Of a stretch of 64,000 nt of DNA, positions 12,449-28,500 are shown one piece after another (position 1 is the first letter of the stretch; every line of letters starts with the position of its first letter). The stretch comes from Adineta vaga (lineage: Eukaryota > Animalia > Rotifera). Position numbers and translations under genes: made by a program. The notes beneath the pieces are model-generated. The model was not told the DNA's origin, did not search any database, and saw nothing but the letters and a program-made list of their open reading frames with translations. The stretch is taken from positions 2,232,001-2,296,000 of the forward strand of contig CP075496.1 of assembly GCA_021613535.1 (NCBI GenBank), written 5' to 3'.

Positions 12449-13249
12449 AAATCTGAATTATTATATTCCACACAGTATCGAGAATTTATGAGTAAGATAG
12501 ACCGTTCTTTTATGTGATCTTTATCTGCCATAAATGATTGAAAATAAAATTCATCAAAACTTTGTATAAAAGCATTATCTCTTTATCAACAATCTGTATA
12601 GGCAATTGATTTAATTAGTAAATATCATCTTTATGTGACACATCAATAAGATAGTACTGCTACTATAAATAATCTTGCTGTTTAGTTCACATATCTATAA
12701 CTAACAAATATGTTTTGTAGGTGCTTTTTCAAAATTCATATTTGTACTAGCATTGGAATTAGTCAGCGACTTCTGAAAATAAAGAATGCATGAAAATTAA
12801 GAATATATTCTATCCGCTATCTCCAACATATTTTTTTCACGGAGAAATTGCGTTTTGTTTTTCTCTTTTATTCGTAGTACACTGGTCTAAAAACCAACAA
12901 AAATGATCATTTTTTTGTATACAAACATGGTGACGAACAGACAAAACAAAGACATACACACACACATACATGCACATCTTAATCCAAGAGACTATACACA
13001 TCTTTACGAGAAAAGAACAAGAAAAAATATATATATGTGCATGGGATAGATATGATAATAATCGAAGATACTCTTTTTTTGAATTGATAATATATCAAAG
13101 TAAAGACACAATGAGAAAAGAAAACAAAATGCAAAATGTTCGATTGATAGACGTCGTGAAAGAAACTGATTCGAATCATTAGGGACGGTAGATAGCAGCA
13201 TATGAATTGTGTGCGTATACTTTGTGTAAATCATATTATGCATGAATTA

Positions 13250-16187
13250 TTAAAATTCATCTTGTCCTTCTTCGACTTCATCTCGAACTGTCGACGATGA
13301 TGATGATGATGATTGAAATGGAAAAGTAACAGGACCACTACCATGATCATTAGCTCGCAAAGAACAGAGCTGTTCAAAATTGTTTTCTGTTGATGATCCT
13401 GATTTTTCATATTGTACTTGATAATTTGCAAATAAATCTGGTAAAGTAGGAGCAGATGTTATTTTCATATGACTACGCTTTTCATTATCATCTTGATTTT
13501 TTGTTATATCTTCATCATCTTGTTGATGCCAAAGTGATTGTTCATCGAATACAGGTGGAAATTGTGGTTCAAATGAAATCTAATTACAAATAAATGAACA
13601 TTTATACACACAAAATTAGTTAATTCAAATAATCTTACCTTTTTCATATTAGCCACTTTTCGTTCACTTGATGTTTGCTCATTATTCATAACTTCATCAT
13701 CAATATCAAATCGTTCTACTTCATCCTAAATAAAGAAAAGTTGTTTTTTTCCCCCAAACTCTTATATAAACGATATCCAGTTCGAAAAGTATTCCCACTT
13801 ACATCTTCATCATCATCATCATCGTATGGCGCTCCACTACTACCAAATGATCTCATATGAAATGTATGTCGTCGTGGATTTGTTTCAGTACTATCATTCA
13901 TATTCATTGCATTGTTGATATGTGTCATAAAAAGTGCAGATGAATTCATACGAAAATTATTTGAAGTATCACGTTCTTGATGATGCATAGCAGACCATTT
14001 CTTTTCATCGTCATTTAAATAATCTAATGCAGTTTGCCAACGTATTTCTAACATATTTGTATTTTCATCGATTTGTTGTTGATCATCAGTTTTAAAAAAC
14101 GATGAATAATTATTAAATATCGATGCATGTTCACGTAAACAACGAAGTATCTGAGCAACATGACCTGAATTTGGTGAGGCAAAACGCGTATGAAGTAATG
14201 ATGATGATATTGCATCTTCTGATGAAGTACTCGTTAGAATTGATTTACTCGATGCGACATTTAATTCATATTGATCAAGTAAACGTTCGATTAGATTAAC
14301 TTCAGACGAAGTTAATAATGATTGAAATAATTTATACGAATTACGATTAGTATAGTCTAATGGAGATGGATTACGAAGCTCTAGAGCAAAAAAAGAAAAA
14401 CATGCGAATTCTCATTGTTGAATGAAAGGTAGAATTTACCTGATTTGGATGATGATGATTGAGTTTCATTGGGTAATGGTGTACGTGTCCAAATATCATT
14501 CGATTGTTTAACAGCTTGTGAATTAATTTGAAAAAGAAGACGAATAATCAGATAGACTTGTGTATGAAGAAAATTATTATAAATATGATGATAAAAAAGA
14601 TCAATGAGAAGATTTAATAAACTATTGGAATTGAATATCTGATAGATATGATCACCGGTATAATCATTCGATATAATATGCATTAATTTGGAAAAAAGTT
14701 TTATTAAATTTAATCGCATTGATCCTAATGGTTCACTAATAAATTGATATTTAACTGTTTGTGAACTATCATGAGAAGGTGATGATGAGACTGATGGTAA
14801 TACTAATGGTGCTGCAGGATTTGAAAGTAAAGATATCAATGATGGTAAACGTGAAGGTAAAACTTCGAGTAATCTTGAATAAATTTGAATAACTGGATCT
14901 TTAGAAGACTTAGTTAGATTTTTTAGTAGAGTTTTCTCGGATGATTTTTCATCGAATTTGTTCACCGATAAAGTATCTCCTTCATCATTTACCTGCATTT
15001 GATCATTTTCATCTTTATCCGATGAAGACGAATCCTCTTTCGAGATCGATTCGTCTTCAAACGATGATTTTATTGGAATACATGATGGTGGATTTAAATA
15101 TCGACCAAGTAAATCAAGAACAGTAGTTAGAAAATCACATCCATTCGATACGAGTGTTGGTTTTTTCGTCAATGAATCTAATAACTGTTCTAAATTCGAT
15201 TTCGATAGAATATGTTGAGCAAGTATTAATGGTGTTAATTTTTCATTTTTTCCCGAATTTGTGGATTTATCTTCATGTTCATTATCTGATGATTCTAGAA
15301 AAGAGAAACAATTGCTAGAGAACTGTAATCCAATTATTCTTCATCTATTCAATGAGTTTTTTACTCAATTACTCCGTATTTGATAATCAATATAATAAGA
15401 GAAGTCTAACCATTTTTAAACACAAACCTTGATCATTATCATTTCTGTTATAAAACAATCGATCCATTGTAGATGATGCTAATGTTGCATTAATATTATC
15501 TTGACTATCATTTTCTAATCCATTATGTGAATCGAATGCTAAGCGTAGAAATTCACTAAGTAAATTGATAATATTCATTTGAACATAGGATGAATCTGTT
15601 GTAGTTAATTGTTGAATAAGACCATCAATTAGATTAATATCTTCATACCATTGAATTGCTTCGGAACGTTGTTCACCAAATTCAGCAATTAAACGATATA
15701 AAACATCAGTAATTGATGTTGAATCTAAATGTCGAAGAAAATCTTCTCGAAATGTTTCACGAGTTTTTAAATAATCAAGTAATTGATTCGATCGTCGTAT
15801 GATTAAAGTCATGAATATTCGTGAGAAATACGAAGCAAGAATTGGATTTAATGAAAATTGTTCATTGGAAAGTAGAAATGAATATAAATGATCAAAATTT
15901 TCTTTTTCAATTAGAGTTTCTTGAATACGTTGAAAATCACCTGATAATAATTCACTTACAACATGTGCATTACGAAAATTTCCATCCGATGGTGATTGAA
16001 TTAATTGATCGATTAATTCCTTCATAACCTCAGGTTGAATAAGATAATCAATAAGACGTTTATTTTGCGTTAAACATTCTTGGATTAAATCATTTTCATC
16101 AAGAAAATCTTGTAATTTTAGTGATTCAGTTGGTTGATCAAGTAATTTATCAATTGATGATGAAACAATATGACATTCCCAAAACAT
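13250..16187 (-). CDS. PPP6R3: PP6 regulatory subunit (SAPS/SIT4-associated), multi-exon
   Basis: MFW...SSIDKLLD..LDENDLIQEC..QNKRLIDYL, LNPILASYFSRI, PLGSMRLNLIKL, YNNFLHTQV; acidic C-terminus ending GQDEF*. Confidence 0.9.
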
Positions 16188-16540
16188 GTTGATTGATTGA
16201 TTGATTGACTTTTTCAAAATGAAGTTAGCTCATATCTAAATATAGAAATCAAAAATTTCTTTTTCTTTTTCTTTTTCTTCCTTAGAAATTATTCGTTCTC
16301 AAACATAAATTTCACTTCTTTATTGACAGAGTGAGGGAAGAAGAAAAAGAGAAATTGGCAATGGTATCGATCGCGTCATCACGCCTACCTGACGAAAATG
16401 TTTCACACACAATTAAAGTGTTTGATCTGAACGCAAAAAAAAAGAGAGAGAGAGAAAAAACAGTTTGTCTACAAGCACGCAATCAGTACCTTATTTATAC
16501 ACTTGAAAACGAGCAAGTATCAGTCAATATTAATAGCGAC

Positions 16541-17396
16541 ATGTTTACGACAGGTATATTATTCGTACTTTTTCTTCTTGTCTCAATCAATGAAACTAAT
16601 GGTCGAAAATTTCATTCACGAGTAAATTTATCTTATAATTCTTGATTATATATAATCGTTTGTTGTTTAATTTCTAGCAAACAGATAGTTTAAATGTTAT
16701 GCGTGACAAATGCGCAAAGACTCCTGGAGCTACAGAATGTACACAAATTAAATCACAAATGGAAGATTTACTTCGAAAATGTAATGATATGGTAACACAA
16801 GTATCAGCCTGTGGAGATGTACGAAGTAAATATTGTTATATATGGCCAAGAGAACTATTCTGTTATTCATCTGGTGGTGGCAGTCAAGTTTGTTAAAACC
16901 TTTCAATTTTTCTTAGTTTTTCAAAGTTTTCTATTTACAGGTAACAACAACAACAACCAAATCACCATCATGGAATAATGATCCTAACTGGTATCAGGTA
17001 TTTTCGATTTCTCTCCTGTAAAATCATTCTTTTCGACTATTATACATATGAATAGATTCCATCCAATGCTAATGAACTTAAATTACGTGGTGATTATTGT
17101 GTAACTCATCAAAATGAAGATAAATGTCGAAATCTACTAAGTGCAATAAAAGTTCGCTATGAAGAATGTGCGAAACGTCCTAAAACAGATGCTAGTTGTC
17201 AAAGTTTCAAAGTTGCACTTTGTGCAGCATTTCCAAAATTTTCTCCATGTCTCAACGGTAGTGGTGGAATGAAAGTAAGTTTAAAAAACCAAATAATTTC
17301 ATTCTTATGTGTTTTGTTTAGCGACGAGCTACTCGACTTCAAAATCTTCTTCGAATACGACGACAGGTGAGAGAAAAAATCCGACAGAATAATTAA
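16541..17396 (+). CDS. Small secreted protein (about 213 aa) with two tandem 6-Cys modules and a basic C-terminal tail
   Basis: Five exons joined in frame by phase-0 GT-AG introns: 16541-16621, 16678-16887, 16941-16997, 17056-17274, 17322-17396; signal peptide MFTTGILFVLFLLVSINETNG. Confidence 0.8.
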
Positions 17397-18046
17397 AATT
17401 CTAAAACTTACGTTGAAGATTGATAAATAAGAAAAAAACATAAATGTCACACGTTTTGGACGTCACTACAAGCTGTATTTTTCAAATAGAAATTGATTGT
17501 AGCGAAAAATAAACCACCAAGAAAGAGAAACGAAAAATTTAAAAAAATAATTTCAAAAAAAAATTACTCCATCAAAATATCTTTCTTTATTTATTACATT
17601 CAATCATCATTGTTTCAGAATTTGATATAGATGTCACTAATGATCAATCATTGAATTCTCATTACTTACTTTTATTGTAGGTTTTATCATCATAATAATA
17701 CACCTTCTGATCATCAATACAACAGATTTCTTAAATTGACTTTTTATATTTCATTCAGGCATTTGTTATCAAACACATTTATTCAATAATAAAAACATGC
17801 GTACATTTTACTTTTGCTTATCACCGTTTTATAAAACTTTTGGAAAGGTTTGAATTATCATAAACGAACTTTTTTTTCTTTTATTAAGCAAAACTGAGAA
17901 TACAATGTACTTCATCAGTAAGCAAACGAAATAATAGAAAATCAATGAATTTGTATCTTCGATAACAATAATTCATCTCATTATCAAATATGCTAACGAA
18001 GAATAGAACAAAATGTATATATGTATCTAAATATTTAGATGACAAA

Positions 18047-19175
18047 TTATAATAAACGATGTCCCATAAGTTTATCATGTAGATAATCATGAATTAAACT
18101 TTTTGTACCATTTTCATAAATAGCTTCAATTTCCATTTTACGTTGATGTTGTTGAAAAAATGTTACTTGTCGACGCCATTCATCATCGATATCAGATCGT
18201 TGAATAAATCGTGCGATCATTCGATGTTCACGTTCATCAGTGATTGGTAATGTTTGAGATTTATTTAATGAAGATAAAGATATCAATTCTTCTGGCCATA
18301 CACCTAACCAACGAAGACGATGATGATGATTTTCATGAAAACTCATTCGATAAGTACATGCAATCAATACACCAAATATATCACAATCAGTTAATATATA
18401 GATTGGAGTATCATGATACATATGAGATAATTGTAAAAGAAGTGAACGTGTGGCATGATCAGGCTGACCACGACCTGTGATTAAACATGCACCACGATAT
18501 CGAATTAGAAAACCATCATTAAGTAAATGCTATGAAAAGATTTAATTTTGAATTCCAAATTAAAAAAAATGTTCGATTACCTGAAAAACGGTATCCTTTT
18601 CAACGATAAGTATGAAGGTAATTGGTTGTTCTGTTTCAATAATTTCAAGATCATCATCAACGATTAATTGCCCAGTGGATAATTGAGTACAATCGGTGAA
18701 TTCTCCACTACGTAAATTTCGAAATTGTACATTACCTAAAATGAAAGCGAGAGGATGAATAATAATAATAACAGTACTCCGATTGCTTTTAGAACATATA
18801 CGAACCAGCACAGAAACCTTTGGCTGTTGTAACAAATCCTAACTGACGTCGATCCACATCTAAATGTCGTGCCAATTGTTCAACAATATTATCACTTACT
18901 CGTTGATGACGAAAAAGATTAACTTGAGAATAAAATAATTCTCTCATATTCATTCGTGTTTGTGTACGTACGAGACGATGAATAGTTGACAATACATAGA
19001 TATATTGAGTAAAATCTCGACGATCTTTATCCTCTATTTTATCATTCCATTGATAATTTTGACCATTTATCATCAATGATGGCAATGATGAAGGCAATCG
19101 ATACATTTGTTCAACGCATATCGTACATAAATGTTCGATGGTATTTAAAATCTTAAAACGAATATTATCGGACAT
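18047..19175 (-). CDS. SPO11: Meiotic topoisomerase-VIA-like SPO11 (3 exons, about 335 aa)
   Basis: Winged-helix RELFY with catalytic Tyr, AKG, Toprim ILIVEKDTVFQ, LITGRGQPD, LTDCD, LRWLG, RKMEIEAI; introns 18736-18805 and 18530-18580 give a continuous ORF. Confidence 0.92.
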
Positions 19176-19557
19176 GATCTAAAATGAAATCTACGTTGTC
19201 AATGAAGATACTTGTATTCATGAATAGTTAACCGTTACATATGTCTACCTAACGGACGTATTCACGAGAAAACATTTTCGACGGTTATAGTGTTAACGGT
19301 CTAATCGAGAAAACAATTAACGAGATACTATATGTTTCTTCTTCTGTATATTTCATTGCTGTTCATTTTCGTTACAAGCATCGAGCGACATCTACTTTCG
19401 AATAATATCAATGGTAAAATCTAGGAAGATGTTTAAAATTGCAAAATTCTTTTTACTTTCACATTACAATAAACAACGTTTAAGCAATCACTTGGTGTTG
19501 CTGCTGTTGCGTATTGTTTTATTTGTTGATGAAATTTGGTATTGCTGAAAGATTTGA

Positions 19558-22044
<2,487 letters not shown>

Positions 22045-22189
22045 CATTGTTTTTTTTCTTCTTTTCTGTTCTCTGTTATGAATATCATTGTTATACATGA
22101 TAGTAGAGACTTTCATTCTTTTTGTGTTTATTAATCTGCGTGTTGTTGTCAAGTGTCACCTTCTTCTTTTTTTCAGATAATGATTTAAG

Positions 22190-23015
22190 ATGACATTAAA
22201 ATCGATTTGGAAGGGTTCATCAAACGATGAAAATTCACGGCAAAGTTTGTTGTCAGATTGTGATCTTAGTCCATTACGACGAGGATATGATGATAATGAA
22301 AAAAGATCGATCTCAGCATTGAAAATGTTATCGATCAATCGATATGAACCATCGATAACGAGATCACGAATGAAAACATTCGAAAAACCAATTGTTCAAG
22401 AACAATGTCGATCAACACTTCGATGTAGTATAGATTCATTTGAAACAAATTCTCTATCTGATCGGATTAATTCTTTAACTGATTATTTAGAAAATTGTAG
22501 TCTAGATGAAAATAAATGTAAGAATTTGCATTAAAAATAACAATCTAAGCAAAATGAAATCTTCTTCAGTAAATAGAAAATATTGTTGGTCATGTCATCA
22601 AACGAATAGTCATTCTCTACGTCAGATAAACCCATTTCTACTATCATCATCATCATTATCATCACATACAAAATCTCAATCAAATCGATTTTCGTTATCA
22701 CAAACAACAACCATATTTGATGAAGATCAAACACAATTATGGTCTCGATCTCGTTCGACGATTTCAACTATTTTAAAGGATAAATCAAGTCAATCATCAA
22801 AAGAAGATGTATTATCTAAATATTCACTAACAATAATCTTCTTTTCATTCTTAATCTTCATTATGGGCCTTGTGCTTGGTTATTTCCTAACAAATACATT
22901 TCCACCTATCGTTCTTTATCAATGGTTAATCCTTATCTGGAATCGATATGTTCAATTAATTAAAATATATCTTGAAATCATTCTCCGATACTTTTTCTCA
23001 TGTTTTTTATTTTAA
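22190..23015 (+). CDS. Uncharacterised Ser-rich protein with C-terminal transmembrane segment(s), about 257 aa
   Basis: ORFs 22190 and 22506 join in frame via a 52-nt GT-AG intron (22518-22569); hydrophobic YSLTIIFFSFLIFIMGLVLGYFL near the C-terminus. Confidence 0.7.
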
Positions 23016-23168
23016 AATTTCTATTTTTTTTTATACAATGATATTGAATTGTTTTCATCTCTTTTATTATTATTATTAAATTCTAGTCATGAAAAATTTG
23101 AAATAAACTTTTGATGTATATATATATATGTAAGACAATGAAATCCTTTTTCAGAAAAATATTTTAAC

Positions 23169-25217
23169 ATGAGTTCAATTGAACAACTTGAAACACTTCG
23201 AAATGCGGAATTATATGATGATTGTAAAACAATGGTAATTAATCGTTTCTTTTTCTTTTTGATTTAACATCAATCTTTTCTTCTTTCGTTTAGGCAGAAT
23301 TTATTTTAACACTTGATGAATGTGGAAAAGATTATTTGGATAACGAACAACGTTTAATCGTTTATCGTTGTCTAGCTGATTCGTCTTGGTTTTTACATGA
23401 ATACCATTTAGCTGAATCCTATTTAAAGAAACTTTTACATAGTTACAAACAAATCGAACGAGTTGATAAAACTGCAGTAAGTTATGAAATTTCAATCTTT
23501 CTTTTTTATGAGAAACAAAATTTGATTTAGAATGAACCAGATTGGATGGTAGAAAGTAAATATCGTCAACATGTATGTCTGTTGAAATTAAATCGATTAA
23601 AAGAAGCACTTGCTGCTGTAAGTCGACATATTTCTTCTTTCTTTATACGAAAATTTTCGATATTTAGCTTGAAGCAGTTGCATTTCATCAACGTACAGCA
23701 AAAATTCATTTAGCACTTGGACAATGTTATCAAAAAGTTGGTAGTTCAGTTCAAGAAGCAATCAGTGCTTATCGAGAATGTTTAAAACAAAATCCAAATA
23801 CTTTATCAGCTTATATCGCTTTATTAGCTCTTGGAGTTAAATTAAATGATCTTCTTCATACACATCCATCAGCGGCATCAATTCATCATGAAAATCAAGC
23901 ACAACAACCAGCACCTGTAACGATTTCTCCATTAGTACGTCAACCATGGTTTCGTACATTACTTCAAGCCGATGCTTGTTCAGCTAGTCGAGATTTTTCA
24001 GAAGCATCAAGACTTTATCAACAAATTGATGCACAATATCTACCTCAATCAACATATGTCTTATCACAATTAGGTTATACACAATATTTAAATGGTGATT
24101 ATAGTCAAGCATTACATAGTTTCCAACGTGCACAACAAATTGATCCATTGCTATTAAAACATATGGATATACTTGCATTTCTTACATATAATGAATGTAA
24201 AGATAGTTCTTTAGAAAAGTAAATCTATCGTTCGAATAAATTCTGAAAAATATATTCTTTTATTTAGATTAGTCAATCATTTGATGTCATTGGGTGATCA
24301 TCATCCTGAAACATGGATTGCAATTGGTTATTATTGTTTGAAAAAGAATCATAAACCATCACGTACTGTTTATCTTGCTCAAAAAGCTTTTGCTTTGGAT
24401 AATACCAAAATTCAAGCTCTACTATTGAAAGGTTTAGCTTTGTATAAATTAAAACGTTATTCAGATTCATTAAATCATTATAAAGATGCAGTTCGTTTAA
24501 TACCTTATTGTTTCGAAGGATATAAAGGTGTTGTTGATGGTTATTTAGCAACAAATCGATTAAATGATGCGAGTAAATCAATTGAATTCGAATGAGAAAC
24601 AAGTTTTTTGTTCGAAAGCAAATCTTTCATTTAGATATGTTTATTACAAATGCTGTTCGTACGAATTTAAAAGAGAATGCACGAGCATTTACTCTATGTG
24701 GACAAGTTCTTGCAAAAGAAGTTTCATCATTGGATAAAGCTCGAGTGTATTTAGAAAAAGCACTTGCATTCAATCCAAAATATACCGATGCAGTGATTTC
24801 TCTTGTTGAAGTTTATGGACAACTGAAACAGCAACAAAAAAGTATCGAATTGTAAGACAACATTTTTATCGATAGGAATTGATGAAAATTCATTTTTTGA
24901 TTTTTAAGATTAAAAGAACATGTTCAAATGAATAATGATCCACGTATTCGTCAATTATTAATTGAAAATTTAATGAAATCAGGTAGTAGTGAAGAAATGT
25001 TACAACAAGTCGTTCGTAATTATCCGTATGTATTTGATTTTCTCTTCTCGGTAATGATTTGTTTTTATGTAGTACAACGCATTTCGAACGACTTGAACGT
25101 GAAATGAATGATGATTCAAGTTTAGATGGTGGAAGATTTGATACTGGACCTATGGGTGATCTTGATCCAATGGGTGATGATGTTATCGGTGAAAACTTCA
25201 GTGACGAAGATCTGTAA
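23169..25217 (+). CDS. ANAPC7: Anaphase-promoting complex subunit 7 (TPR), multi-exon
   Basis: ESKYRQHVCLLKL..ALAALEAVAFHQRTAKIHLALG..AISAYRECLKQNP..AYIALLALGV resembles APC7; TPR repeats (PETWIAIGYY, QALLLKG); acidic C-terminus. Confidence 0.85.
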
Positions 25218-25520
25218 TCCAAATCTTATTTCTCTATATTAATTTTCTATTTGTATGAATTGTATATTAGACTTCTAAGTATAATAAAGAGAAAAAGAAA
25301 CAAAATATTTGATAAGTACAACTCAATATCTGATGAAGAGAAGATCGACTGTCATCTTTATCTTTTATATGAAAGAAAAAACAATTCACGTATCTTTCTT
25401 TTTTCTTTCTTTCTTTCTTTCTTTGTTCGTTTAAGATGTTTACCTTTTATTGTTATGACCTTTCTAAATGATAATAAAACGTATCCATTACATTTTTACT
25501 GTGGTATACTCTCTTAAACT

Positions 25521-28500
25521 ATGGCAGATACTGATCAACTTACTTCCAATTTATCAGCTATTCAATTAACAAATGTAACTGTTCATTTAGGAGATAAAGA
25601 TGTTTTAAGATCAATTCATCTTTCTATTCAATCAGGTGGCATGTAAGATTATTTGTTTTTCGAATATTTCATTTGAAATTTCTCAATTAGTTTTGCTTTA
25701 CTTGGTCCAAGTGGTTGCGGAAAAACAAGTTTAATGCGTACGTTAGTTGGTCGTTTACATCCGACAAGTAATCATGATCAAACACATGGTACAATTTCGA
25801 TTTTTGATAAATATTCACATGCATTCGGTCAATTGGTTGGTTTTATGCCACAAGAAATGGCATTACATACGACAAATACGATTGAAGAAGAATTGTTCTT
25901 CTATGGTCGATTAGTAGATATGCCAGGAGCAAAAATTCGAGAACGATGTCAATTTTTATTTCAACTTCTCGAATTACCAAATAAAAATAAATTAATTCGA
26001 AAATTAAGTGGAGGACAACAAAGACGAGTTTCATTTGCAATTGCTCTCATACATGAACCAAGATTACTGATCTTAGGTTAGAAGAAAATCATCAATTTAC
26101 TTTCTATACTTCAGAATATTTCATTATTTAGATGAACCAACTGTTGGTGTTGATCCATTGTTAAGAAGAAGGTAATTACGTAGATTACTGATCAGAACAT
26201 ATGACTATAACTTTATAATCTATAGAATTTGGCAACATCTAATTGAAATTACAACGGATACTGATCGAACTGCCATTGTAACGACACATTATATTGAAGA
26301 AGCACGTCAAGCAAATATAGTAAATATAAGAAGATCAATCGTTTGTGATATAATTTTTGTGTATTAGGTATCTTTTATGCGGCATGGACAACTATTAGAA
26401 ACAGGTCGACCAAATGAATTATTAGTCAAACATAATCATCAGGTTAATGGATTATTTTCCTTGATAAATATTTCCAATGAGAGAAATGTTTTGTTCTAGA
26501 CTCTTGAAGGTGTTTTTTTGGAATTATGTGAAGAACGATATATGTTGGATATAAAAAATCATGATCAAGAAAAAATATATAGCAAAAAATCACTAAATAT
26601 CATTACGAAAGTAATTTTTAGTAAATAATTTTTAAGTACTTTTCTAATTACTTTTCTTTAAAGATTTGTCAAACTTGTCAACCAGTTCTATCATCATCGA
26701 CTAGTAAGAATATGGAGTATATTGTTTGAATATATTGTCCTGTATCTTTTGTAGAGAAACGTCGATGTTGTTTAGCTATGCGTTCGTGTGCACGTCCATC
26801 GTTTGGTCGATCTCTTTATGCACTTCTTATCAAAGATCTATTGAAATTTCAACGAAATCCAGCGTATGAATTTTCTCGATTCATCTTTTCAATGAAACTG
26901 TTTCTTTTTTCAAATTTTAGAATGCTTATTATTCATTTTCTTGTGCCAATTCTACAAATTACATTATTTTGTTTATGTGTTGGACGGAAATTAACGGATA
27001 TTCCAGTTGGATTTATTTCACGTGAATCAGTTCGATCAGGGACGGCTACTGAATTTATAATGCAAAAAATTGATAAAAATGTGATAAATTTGGTATGAAT
27101 TTGAATGTATCTGATCACCATATTTATTTATTTATTGTACATATAGATTGAATATAAATCAATGAATACTGCTCAACAAATGTTTGAAAAAGGACATCTA
27201 ACAGGAATTATCGATATTGGTGCTAATTTTACTCGAGAATTTCTAACAAAAGTCGAAGAATGGTAAGAATGATAGAAATTTTAATAAGAATTTCTTATTC
27301 ATAAGATGTTCTAGTTCATTTTCCGAAGAGAATAAATATAATGATTCACAAGTTTTAATTTATGTTGATCAAACAAGTAGGAAAGATTTGTATGAAATAA
27401 GATTGATATGTTTTTCTTGAAATTATTGATTAGATCGACAAATGATCTATACAATTTCAGAAGAATTAATTCGAATAATGAAAAGTGTGAATACTGATTT
27501 TAATTTGGGTTTGTGGAGTTCATCAATTTCGAGTCAATCGTTAATTCGAGTATTTTATTCATTTATTTTTACATTATAGAATCAATTGAAAGAGATGCCT
27601 TTTGTTTCTTAAAAGTTAGGGCAATTTGGAAATGTTCAATCGGAATTTGAATTTACTTTTACACATTTTATGGTTCCTGGTATTGTTCTTTCGTAAGATT
27701 CTTTTTTTTCCTGCTGATTAAAATGATCAATTAAATCTTCATATTTTAGTGTTATCTTTTTTTTAAACGTTGGTCTTACTGCTCTGTCTCTTGTTATTGA
27801 ACAAAGTGATGGTACACAAGATCGTGTATGGATTACAGGTATTAATCTCTTTTCTATTGGAAGAATTCTTTTCATCTGAATTGTATTTAGGTGTGAAATC
27901 AAATGAAATTATTCTTAGTCAATTGATTATTCATTCTGTGATACTTGTCATTCAAATAGTAATTGTTTTATTTACTGCATTAGTACTTTTCCAGGTTAGA
28001 ATTACTCTTTTTCATCTTCGTTTTATGAAACAAAAATTGTATTTCTTCTATTAGCTTCCATTAAAAGGTGGTCTTTTAGTCACAATATTTCTCTGTACGG
28101 CACAAGGATTTTGTGGTATGACATTTGGTCAGTAAAACAGATTGAATTGATGCAATATTAATTGAATATACATATATATATAAATGTATTTCTAGGATTG
28201 ATTATATCTACAATTTTTACAACAGAAATCAATACTCATCAAGTAACTATGGCTGCTTTCTATCCTGTATTACTTCTAAGCGGTAATAAATGTTTGTTTT
28301 TCGATTGAAGAGATGATGACTATGAACATATCTTTAAAGGAATTATTTGGCCATTGGAAGGACAACCGATATGGTTACGAATGATAACAAAATGGTTACC
28401 GATAACGAAAGCAATTGAAGCAATGCGTGGTATTCTTTTGAAAGGTATAAAACAATCTTTCGAAAACAAAAACAAACTCTAATTTCATATTGTTTAGGAT

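Noticed and set aside
22506-22534. Overlapping ORFs suggesting a programmed frameshift
   Set aside because: A 52-nt GT-AG intron (22518-22569) joins them in frame
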